A program made the position numbers and the translations under genes. This document shows, piece by piece, positions 25,124-36,149 of a DNA stretch of 64,000 bases; within the stretch, counting starts at the first letter, position 1, and every line of letters begins with the position of its first letter. Source of the DNA: Eledone cirrhosa (lineage: Eukaryota). The notes beneath the pieces are model-generated. The model ran no database searches and was not told the origin of the DNA. It worked only from the letters and a program-made list of their open reading frames with translations. The stretch covers positions 173,104,001 through 173,168,000 of the forward strand of contig OZ024740.1 of the NCBI GenBank assembly GCA_964016885.1. The letters are read 5' to 3'.

Positions 25124-28100
25124 GGGAGACATGATATGAAGCTTAAAAAACACTTGCGAGCAGTGAAGTTTTAAATCAACATATAAAAAATAAAAGTAAG
25201 ATGGATATATGAGATTGGGAAAAAATGAAGTGGGGTAGGAAAAAGTAAGGAAGAGGAAGAAAGAAAATAAAGGATGGTGGGGAGGAGTGTAAGAAGGAAG
25301 GATGAGAGAGGAAGAGAAATGAGTGATAGAGAGAGAGAAATAGCCTTTACAACTGAGAAAACATTGTCTCACAGAGAGAAAATGAAAAACCGTTGGGAGA
25401 TAATACATAATTTAAAAAGATTTTGAAATTAAAAGTTAATGAGGTTTATGGATGTTGATGTTTATGATTGAAGAAAAAGGAATTAGGAATAGTATTAATT
25501 TAGGTTTATATATTGAAGGGTTTAATAATATGTGCGAAAAAAAAGAATTTATTAATATGTATTATTAAAATAAAAAATATTAATGATATTAAGGATATAA
25601 TGTGAAAGAAGGAGAAGAATAAATGAATTATGAATTTAGAGGAATTAGTTAGGGTTTAAGTTTGTTTTTATGTTTTTGTAATATGTAAAAGTAAATAATA
25701 GGTTTAAAACGAGCATGGAAGGAGAGAAGAAAAAAGAGAATTTAAGGAAGAAAAAATATCTAACGTCAAAAAGTATATATGTTTACAAAAATTTTCTAAT
25801 GGTAATATGATATATTAAAAAATATATAGTTTCTATGGCCAATAATATGAGGAAAAATGGAAAAATGGAGAATGCTGTAGTGAGTAATAATATGAATTGA
25901 GAAGTAATTGGGAAGTAAAAGTTACAGATTAAAGATTAGAAATTAAAAAAGAAAAATAGAAGAAAGGAAAAAGGATAAAAAGAAGAAAGATAGGGGATCA
26001 CACTGGAGTATAAATAATATAAGATCAAAAGATGGTTAAAAGAGTTGTTTTAACCATCTTTTGATCTTATATTATTTATACTCCAGTCCTATAAACTGTA
26101 GAGTGCTACTTATCCGATATTTGCATTGCTTTATTGTGCTACAATAAAACTCACCTCCTACATTAACTTGCTCCTTGACTGTTTGAGCGCTAACTCTCAT
26201 ATCGGATACCTTTGATGGTCTCTAATTTTTCTTCTATAACATGGATTATTACAACATAACAACTTCAATTAAAGACATTCCTATACCTGGTAAATCTGAA
26301 TTCACTAAACTTCTGATTGAAAAAACTGACTCTTTTGTGAGAAGACTTAGATGGATCACTTTTTTCCATGACCAGCGCCAAAAAGGAAATTTCTATACTA
26401 AGGAACATAACAATTTTGATCATTTATTTAACTCTAGAAGAAATCCTCCTTCCAACAAAAATCTAGTGCAGTTTGAGGAAGAATTAACTAATATTATAAG
26501 AGGTCTTAAATTCAAGAGAAACCCTTATAGAGGACAGGAGCACCTCATAAATCTCAGGAATACGATTTTGGACCTTAATTCCTCTAAAAATATCTTAGTC
26601 CACTCCGACAAAACTAATAATTTATATGGCGTATCTAAAGATAAGTATTATAACCTTATCCTTAAGGAACTAAGGAAGAATTATCGTAAAACTAACCATG
26701 ACAATTTGGAATCTATAAACTTGGAAGCTTCTGAGATTATGTCTAAACTTGGCATCGAGAAAAAGGCCGAACCATTCTTCACAAGAACTCCGAGGATAAA
26801 TCTCAAGGATCATAAAAGTAACTTTCGAACGGAACTGCCTGTTAGACTAATCGCCCCCTCTAAATCAGATCTGGGGGTTGTTAGTAAATCCATCTTGGAT
26901 AGAATTATCCCACAGGTTCGTTCTAATTGCTCTATTTCTAACTTAAATTTATGGATTGGTACATCTGAAGTAATTGGCTGGTTCAATGACCTGAATAATA
27001 AAAACAAACAAAAATGTATTCAGTTTGACATTGCCAGTTATTATTCTTCTATTTCGCCTTCACTCCTCAACAACGCTCTATCTTTCGCATTTAAATATTC
27101 TGACATTACCACATATGAACTTTACATCATTCTCACCGCAAGAAAAACTATCTTGGAATTCAACAATGAATATTGGACTAGAGCTGATACTTCCAACAAT
27201 TTTGTTATCACAATGAGTGCTTCCGATTCATCGCAATTGACGGATTTGATTGGTATCTTTATTCTGAATTCTTTAAATCGGAAAATTCCTCAACTTCGCG
27301 TGACGATGCCCTTTTTACTGTCTTAAACTGTAACTTAGTTAACCTTAATATTATTAAGAACGATATACTTGATCTATTTAAGCACCATAACCTTAAAATT
27401 GAATTTAATAACAACGTCAAACTAGCTAACTTCTTGGATATATCCCTTAATCTTAACACTGACCTATATTACCCTTACCATAAAAAGAATGAGAATCTAA
27501 ATTATGTTAATTTTAAATCTAACCACCCCACTAACGTTAAAAATGCTATAGTCAGTAATATTGAAAAAAGAATCTCAAATCTATCCTCTAATAAAGTTAT
27601 CTTCGACGCTAATGCCAATTACTATAATAATGCGCTTTCCAAAGCCGGCTATCCTGATAACATTAAATAGAGTAAGGAAACCAATCATCGAAGGTCTTAT
27701 AGTAAAATAGTTAATTATGAACATTCCAATAACTTAAATAAAAGACCTAGATACAAAAATATGATTTGGTATAATGCTCCTTTTTCTCTATCTATCACTA
27801 ATAATATTCCTAAACTATTCTTTAGGGCCTTAGGTAAATGCTTCCCTCCCTCGCATATCTATAGTAAAATCTTTAACAAACATACAATCAAATTCTCTTA
27901 TTCCACCACTTCCAACATCTCTAACATTATCTCTAAATACAATAATAAAATATTAAATAATAAATTACATCCTTCCAACACTGAGCGTCATAATAATAGC
28001 AGTAGTATACCCGACGTCAACATTAATTCTAGGATAGATTCAGTAAATTTAAATACGACGTCAAACGTAACTTCGTTGAATGTTCATAAATACCAATCTA

Positions 28101-29636
28101 AACCAGGAAACTATAGTTCCTATCGTAAATAACTTCTCCAATCCAATTCCTTCCATAAATAATACTAGGTCACTTGTTAATAACTCTGTTAATTTCTCTA
28201 ATCGTAATTGTAATTGCCCTGTTAGATCTAAATGTCCTCTTAATAAGCAATGTCTTGGCAAAAACTTAGTGTATGAATATAAGGTTATAACTGGTACTAA
28301 TTATTTTACCTATTTCGGTTCCACTTCCACTTCCTTTAAAGCAATATTTTATAATCACAAATCGTCTTTTAAATACCAACTTAAAAGAACTAACACGGCA
28401 CTTTCGGAACTCATATGGTCCTTAAAAGACAAAAATATTAACTATAACATCTCTTGGAGGAAGGTTTGCAACGCCTTGCCTTACCTGAATTCTTCCCTAT
28501 CCAGAACATGTAATCTCTGCCTAGCCGAGAAATTTACCATTATATCTAATTTTAATTCTTTAATAAATAGACGTACGGATTTATTTTCGCTCTGCTTGCA
28601 TAAATCCCATAGAACATTCCATAAAGTATACAGCTAATATCTCAATACCTAACTAGTTTAAAATCTTCTTTTCCAAAAGGCTTTTATATCTTTTACAAAT
28701 ATACCCATCTTTCTACCTTATTTCAGTATATTATATTATACAATTTACTCACTCTATATCGTTGTGATCCCCTATCTTGCTTCTTTTTATCCTTTTTTCT
28801 TTCTTCTATTTTTCTTTTTTAATTTCTAATCTTTAATCTGTAACTTTTACTTCCCAATTACTTCTCAATTCATATTATTACTCACTACAGCATTCTCCAT
28901 TTTTCCATTTTTCCTCATATTATTGGCCATAGAAACTATATATTTTTTAATATATCATATTACCATTAGAAAATTTTTGTAAACATATATACTTTTTGAC
29001 GTTAGATATTTTTTCTTCCTTAAATTCTCTTTTTTCTTCTCTCATCCATGCTCGTTTTAAACCTATTATTTACTTTTACATATTACAATACATAAAAACA
29101 AACTTAAACCCTAACTAATTCCTCTAAGTTCATAATTCATTTATTCTTCTCCTTCTTTCACATTATATCCTTAATATCATTAATATTTATTATTTTAATA
29201 ATACATATTAATAAATTCTTTTTTTTCGCACATATTATTAAACCCTTCAATATATAAACCTAAATTAATACTATTCCTAATTCCTTTTTCTTCAATCATA
29301 AACATCAACATCCATAAACCTCATTAACTTTTAATTTCAAAATCTTTTTAAATTATGTATTATCTCCCAACGGTTTTTCATTTTCTCTCTGTGAGACAAT
29401 GTTTTCTCAGTTGTAAAGGCTATTTCTCTCTCTCTATCACTCATTTCTCCTGCTTTCTCATCCTTCCTTCTTACACTCCTCCCCACCATCCTTTATTTTC
29501 TTTCTTCCTCTTCCTTACCTTTCCTACCCCCTTCATTTTTTCCCAATCTCATATATCCATCTTACTTTTATTTTTCATATGTTGATTTAAAACTTCACTG
29601 TCACAAGTGTTTTTTAAGCTTCATATCATGTCTCCC

Positions 29637-29706
29637 TATTTTATCTGATGAGACGGAGATATCATCCCATGATGATATTTGTTTTTGAAATGCGCATAAT
29701 AAAATA
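29637..29706 (+). ncRNA. Type I hammerhead ribozyme in PLE pseudo-LTR
   Basis: TATTTTAT-CTGATGA-long stem II (ATATCATC/GATGATAT)-GAAA-TGCGCA-TA-ATAAAATA; perfect 8-bp stem I. Confidence 0.88.
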
Positions 29707-29827
29707 CTTGGAACTCTTTTAACCATCTTTTGATCTTATATTATTTATACTCCAGTCCTATAAACTGTAGAGTGCTACTTCTCCGATATTTGCATTGTTT
29801 TATTGTGCTACAATAAAACTCACCTCC

Positions 29828-29856
<29 letters not shown>

Positions 29857-29861
<5 letters not shown>

Positions 29862-30514
29862 AATTTTAGTACAGCATCAACGAAGCTTTTGGCTGCGGCC
29901 AAGCTAACGAATGCAGCTTCGGAATGCAGCTTAGCACTCGATGGAGAATATTAACCCAGAGTTATAACAATACGTTTAGACAGCTTTGCAAATCAAATAT
30001 AGCGGCCGACAGTCCGGCCGCATTGCCATAGCAACGAAAGAAAGTGAACTCAGGAAAAAATGTTGTGACTGACCTGGACCATCGCGTAGACATCGAATGC
30101 AACACATAACGTATATCATACAATATACATCACATATAACATACATCTCCGCTAGGTTTCTGTAGATTCGAGATCGACAAATTCCGCTTGCAGGGGTTTG
30201 CAAGTTAATGGCTTTTGACGACAGAACAAAGGATTTACTTCGTCAACAAGTTCTAGCCTCGACGGATGTATTTTCTAGCAGTAATTTTCGCTATATACAC
30301 GTGATTTTCCCAAAGGGATGTAACCCCCGTTTTGGCGGTCAATTCGAAATTTTAGACAAAGGAATACAATTCCCTTAGACAAACCGAATTAAGCACTCGA
30401 CCAGAAGTTATCAAACAAACATAAACAATTGATCAATTAATAGAATTGTCTAATTAAATTCTAGGAGTTAAAAATACAAATTTTAGTACAGCATCAACGA
30501 AGCTTTTGGGTGCG
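29857..30514. repeat. Unclassified non-coding segment bounded by 41-bp direct repeats (617-bp spacing)
   Basis: ATACAAATTTTAGTACAGCATCAACGAAGCTTTTGG(C/G)TGCG at 29857 and 30474; microsatellites on both sides. Confidence 0.7.
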
Positions 30515-30650
<136 letters not shown>

Positions 30651-30669
30651 GTATGTATGTATATATACG

Positions 30670-30732
<63 letters not shown>

Positions 30733-30733
<1 letters not shown>

Positions 30734-33700
30734 AACAACTATGACCCCGGCGGCAGAGCTCAAACCGTTTCGACGGTTAATTCTGGACTAAATAAGAATT
30801 TTTAGCCTGGTAAATAAATAGCCGAACTTCTCAGGGGGTAATTCCATATATGGTAAAATAGTGATTGTCACAAGGATTGGTCAAAAGTTTGATTCTATCA
30901 TGGCATTTTGTGGAAGGTAGGGTAGCTGAACTTGCCCTTATGAGAAAGAGGGATAGGGAGTGGAGGAAACCCAGTCAAGCGTTGAAAGTGAAATCTATAC
31001 AGCAGATTCTAAGGATAGTGTATAGAAGGTCGAAAAAGTATACTAGATAAGGGGAGGAGGTGAAAAAATAGGTAAATCGAAAGGGAGTAAACAAAAAAGC
31101 CATTATAAAAATGAGGAAATGTATAAAAAATATAAAAAACAATTTCTGGTTACTACTCTCCTTCCACAATCACCAAATCTCTCATTGGCATTGCTAAGCT
31201 GTAGAAAAGTTTAATAGGTGGAGAGGAATACTAAATACGGGATTGTAATGAAAGAATTTTATAAAGCCATCATTACAGGGTGTCTAACACCACTACTATA
31301 GTTAGTAGTAATCATCCAATGCTATCTTACAATGACAGGTTAATAAGTTGAGATAAAACATACTAAAAAACTAATACGAAATATTAATTCAGAATCCCAA
31401 AACATAAATACTAATACAATATATATAAATACTAATACAATACATAAATACTAATACAATATACATAAATACTAATACAATATATATTAAAAAAACTAAT
31501 ACGAAATGTTAATTCAGAATCCCAAAACATAAATACTAATATATAAGAAACTAATGCAGAAATACCACTAAGAAATTTAGAAATCACGGAAATGGGGCAG
31601 CAACCAAAAAGAAAGCAAGTATCTGGGGTCTAACACATCTGCTATTAAAAGCGTAATCGGCCAATTCTATCTTAAAATTAGGGGATGGGGTACTGAGGCT
31701 ACAGAGGACTGATGGGCTGCATCGGGGTGGGCGAGAAGGTGAAAAAACAAAAGAACGACAAGGAATGAGATCTGGGGTGGAAGGACTGGGAAGAGATGGG
31801 GCGAAGAAGGAAATATAGAGGAAAAAATAATAAATATAAAAAGGTTACGTCTACCTTTGTAAACTTGGAACTTTACGTTTCAGCCGGTGTTTCAGCCCTT
31901 GTCTACCCCCCTCCCCCGGTCATTATGGGGCTTGAGGGCGAGGCAAGTCCTACGCAATCTGTGTTTGCATGCAGTTACCAGTTCGTCTTTCTTGTTTAGG
32001 AGTTGGTCCTTCGAAAACAACATTTGTAATGTTTCCTCCGAGCATAAGTTACACGGACGGCGTCCTCCCGTGTAAGAGTTGGCTCTGGACAGTAAGCTCC
32101 AAGTGAGATTGTAGGTTATATTATTATCTTTGACGTCCCAGATGTGGCCCGAAAGTGTAGTGGAGTGACGCCGGGCCAGGCTTCGGAAAGTATGACTGTG
32201 TAGGTAGAGCCGGGTCTTGAAGTCACAAGCGGTTAATCCTATATAAGCTTTGTTGGAGGTGTCCGTCCTCACGTTGCACTGGTAGATCACATTACGATCT
32301 CGGAATCTGTTGTCGAGGGGGCAAAGGGATCTATCAGGACAGTTACACCTCCTGGTCGGCTCTCCACTGCTGTCTAGGTTATTTCTTCCATAGGGGTTGA
32401 GTTTTTTGTTGTTAGAGGAGACAATATTTTGTGCAAAGTTAGGTGTGGTGCTGTAGGAGAGTTTGATGGTGTTTTTGTTGATTATGTTGTTGTAGTGGTG
32501 TTGTAGTGGGAAGTGTTTTTCGATGAGCCTAAAGAAGATTTTCCCGATAGGTGTTGTCACCTCGGCATTGTGGGGAGGATTGAACCACGTTACGTTGCGT
32601 GAGCGGCGGTGTCGCCTGCTGGTTCCGCTAATGGAAGTTGGATAATAGGATATTTCCTCCCGGAAGCCACTCCGCTTGAGGGCCTGGTTGTAATAAGGCG
32701 CATGTTCATCGAATATCTGCTCATTAGCGGACAAACGAGATGTGCGGAGGGAGATGTTTTTAACCAGATTATTGGTGATGTTTCTAGGATGGTTCGACCG
32801 GCGGTGGATGTAATGCAGGTTGTCGTTTGGTTTCCTGTATGGGTAGTACAGATCGTTATCGAGGTTAAGGGTAACGTCCAGGAAGTTTACTCGGTTAGGG
32901 ACGTTTGAAGGGTTATTTTAAATCCCCAGTCGCGGAAGAAGCTGATTAATTGTTTACGGACCCGGTCTGTACTACTGGGGTTGTACCCTTTGAGGGTAAG
33001 GAGCCCATCATCACGGTACAATCCACCGCCAAATGCAGGAAACATTTCGGTGAGTTTAAATAGTAGGAATAATCCTATAAGATCTGTGACCTCAGCCGAA
33101 TCCGTCGCGTCCATACTGATGTCGAAGGGGGAGTCGGGAGCTCTCTTTATCCATTTGGAATTGTCGAAATGTAGGACTGTCTTCCTGGCGTGAAGGATGA
33201 TATTTCTTTCCTGGTCGGTGATAGGCGTGAGTGTTTCGGCAAAGTCCAAGGCGGTCGTAAGGGGCGGTAAGGTAATTGAAGCATAGTAACTCTCTATGTC
33301 AAACTGGATGAATTTTATGTCTGGTTTGTCCTCCATATTGCTGAACCATAAGATTACTTCCTGGGTGTTGACCCATAGGCTAAGTCTGGCGTTTTGCTTA
33401 ACTTTTGGTATAACGCGGTCTAGGATTTCTTACACGGTAGGACGCCGTCCGTGTAACTTATGCTCGGAGGAAACATTACAAATGCTGTTTTCGAAGGACC
33501 AACTCCTAAACAAGAAAGACAAACTGGTAACTGCATGCAAACACAGATTGCGTAAGACTTACCTCGCCCTCAAACCCCATAATGCCCCGGGGGGGGGGGG
33601 GTTAGAAAAGGGCTAAAACACCCACTTGCCGACCTTGTAAGGGGTAACCCTGCTTACAAAGGTAGACGTAACTTTTTTATATTTATTATCTTTTCCTCTA

Positions 33701-34889
33701 TATTTCCTTCTTCCCCCATCTCTTCCTAGTCCTTCCACCCAGATCTCCTTCCTTGTCATTCTTTTGTTTTTTAACCTTCTCGCCCACCCCGATGCAGCCC
33801 ATCGGTCCTCTGTAGCCTCAGTACCCCCACCCCCCTAATTTTAAGATAGGATTGGCCGATTACGCTTTTAATAGCAGATGTGTTAGACCCCAGATACTTG
33901 CTTTCTTTTTGGTTGCTGCCCCATTTCCGTGATTTCTAAATTCTTAGTTGTATTTCTGCATTAGTTTCTTGTATATTAGTATTTATGTTTTGGGATTCTG
34001 AATTAACATTTCGTATTAGTTTTTTTTATATATATTGTATTAGTATTTATGTATATTGTATTAGTATTTATGTATTGTATTAGTATTTATATATATTGTA
34101 TTAGTATTTATGTTTTGGGATTCTGAATTAATATTTCGTATTAGTTTTTTAGTATGTTTGACCTCAACTTATTAACCTGTCATTGTAAGATAGCATTGGA
34201 TGATTACTACTAACTATAGTAGTGGTGTTAGACCCCCTGTAATGATGACTTTATAAAATTCTTTCATTACAATCCCGTATTTAGTATTCCTCTCCACCTA
34301 TTAAACTTTTCTACAGCTTAGCAATACCAATGAGAGATTTGGTGATTGTGGAAGGGGAGTAGTAACCAGAAATTGTTTTTTATATTTTTTATACATTTCC
34401 TCGTTTTTATAATGGCTTTTTTGTTTACTCATTTTCGATTTACCTATTTTTTCAACCCCCCCCCCCCTCCCATTCTCTAGTACACTTTTTTCGACCTTCT
34501 ATACACTATCCTTAGAATCTGCTGTATAGATTTCACTTTCAACGCTTGACTGGGTTTCCTCCACTCCCTCTCCCTCTTTCTCCTACGGGCAAGTTCAGCT
34601 ACCCCTACCTTCCACAAAATGCCATGATAGAATCATATGTCTTAACAACAAACTTTTGACCAATCCTTGTGACAATCACTATTTTACCATATATGGAATT
34701 ACCCCCTGAGAAGTTCGGCTATTTATTTACCAGGCTAAAAATTCTTATTTAGTCCAGAATTAGCCGTCGAAACGGCTTGAGCTCTGCCGTCGGGGTCATA
34801 CTTGTTCCTATTACCCACTCTAATACCCTAAGTATTGAGTACTTTGGTGCGTTATGGTCCATATGGTTCCTTACCACATTTCCTTCGTT
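30733..34889 (-). mobile_element. 5'-truncated PLE (YRDDG type) with ~1.35-kb inverted arms (30733-32077 vs 33428-34807)
   Basis: Minus ORFs 33336-32887 and 32734-31892: QFDIESYY, GLYRDDG, CNCPDRSLCPL, VIYQC...YIG, CNLCSEE; the ORF C-terminus is repeated on the plus strand at 33431-33616. Confidence 0.9.
34701..34796 (+). ncRNA. Type I hammerhead-like motif with variant core (CUGAGA) and long stem II; inverted copy at 30744-30839
   Basis: ACCCC-CTGAGA-AGTT-CGGCTA...TAGCCG-TC-GAAA-CGGC TTGAGCTCT GCCG-TC-GGGGT. Confidence 0.7.
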
Positions 34890-35144
34890 ATATATATATC
34901 CCCTGTTTGTTGAAAATTTAAAGTAAGTGAGACTGTCACTACTCTAAAACAATTACATAAGGTCTTCGAAATACTTTTAATTAAGCATACAGTGTATTGC
35001 AAAATACACTACATATACATTCATATATATATCGCTATTTCAGAGCGCCAATTCTAATTTTCAATTTCTGCTTGACTGGCAACCGCTCTGTATAATCAGT
35101 TCCTGATTATTACTAGAAATTCTATAAGAATCAAACATTCATGA

Positions 35145-35237
35145 TTTTCAGCAAACAGGTGGAGTACTTGGCTTTGATAAGTAGCAATCAGTACGAAACA
35201 TAGCTCTGTCAGCTTTATCTCCCCTGTTTGCTGAAAA
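35145..35237 (+). ncRNA. Type I hammerhead with U3-A8 core and extended stem I
   Basis: TTTTCAGCAAACAGGTGGAG-TACTT-GGCT-TTGATAA-GTA..TAC-GAAACA TAGCTC TGTC-AGCT-TTAT-CTCCCCTGTTTGCTGAAAA. Confidence 0.8.
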
Positions 35238-35471
35238 TTTAAAGTAAGTGAGATTGTCACTACTCTAAAACAATAGCATAAGGTCTTCGAAATGCTTTTA
35301 ATTAAGCATACAGTGTATTGCAAAATACACTATATATACATTCATATATATATATATATCGCTATTTCAGAGCGCCAATTCTAATTTTCAATTTCTGCTT
35401 GACCGGCAACCGCTCTGTATAATCAGTTCCTGATTATTACTAGAAATTCTATAAGAATCAAACATTCATGA

Positions 35472-35564
35472 TTTTCAGCAAACAGGTGGAGTACTTGGCT
35501 TTGATAAGTACCAACCAGTACGAAACATAGCTCTGTCAGCTTTATCTCCCCTGTTTGCTGAAAA
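35472..35564 (+). ncRNA. Second copy of the U3-A8 hammerhead
   Basis: Same motif; stem II GTAC CAACCA GTAC; GTC triplet at 35535-35537. Confidence 0.82.
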
Positions 35565-35669
35565 TTTAAAGTAAGTGAGATTGTCACTACTCTAAAACAA
35601 TAGCATAAGGTCTTCGAAATGCTTTTAATTAAGCATACAGTATATTGCAAAATGCACTATATATACATT

Positions 35670-35745
<76 letters not shown>

Positions 35746-36149
35746 CAAAGGGATATTTAATTTGTTGGTAATTCAACAAATATATATATTTATAACAGAT
35801 TCGAAGCACTCGACAAGTTTTCAATCAATATATATTAATAGATGGAAACTATATTTATAAAACCATATTTATTCTATTATATATATTTCAAGGGTACCAA
35901 AACTTTGATACGCACTCCTCAGATAAAATACAAAGCTTGTTTTATAAATATTGACATATCCAGGAATGAGACCTTAACGGTTCAACTTTTATCTGGTAGT
36001 AAAAGGAAAAAGGGGAAGAGAGGAAAAACAAATATTTCAAATTATTTAGATGAATATGCAAATAAGGTTGAGGCGTAGGGCTGAAAAAAAACGTTATTTT
36101 TAGACGCTAGGTAGATTTAAATAATTATTAGGATATGTATATATATATA

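Larger units (their letters stand above)
25015..29832 (+). mobile_element. Full-length PLE with ~1-kb inverted pseudo-LTR (25015-26003 vs 28763-29745) and direct head repeat (~26048-26162 vs ~29718-29832)
   Basis: ORF pieces 26241-28637 (KDIPIP, DKTNNLY, QFDIASYY, RDDA after a small frameshifting deletion, CNCPVRSKCPLNKQC, CNLCLAEK); the duplicate ORF-track peptides MYYLPTVFHF on both strands confirm the inverted arms. Confidence 0.92.
34900..35672 (+). repeat. Tandem array (~2.4 units, 321-327 bp) with one hammerhead per complete unit; candidate retrozyme
   Basis: ORF track shows near-identical peptides 327 bp apart; HHR motifs at 35145-35237 and 35472-35564. Confidence 0.85.
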
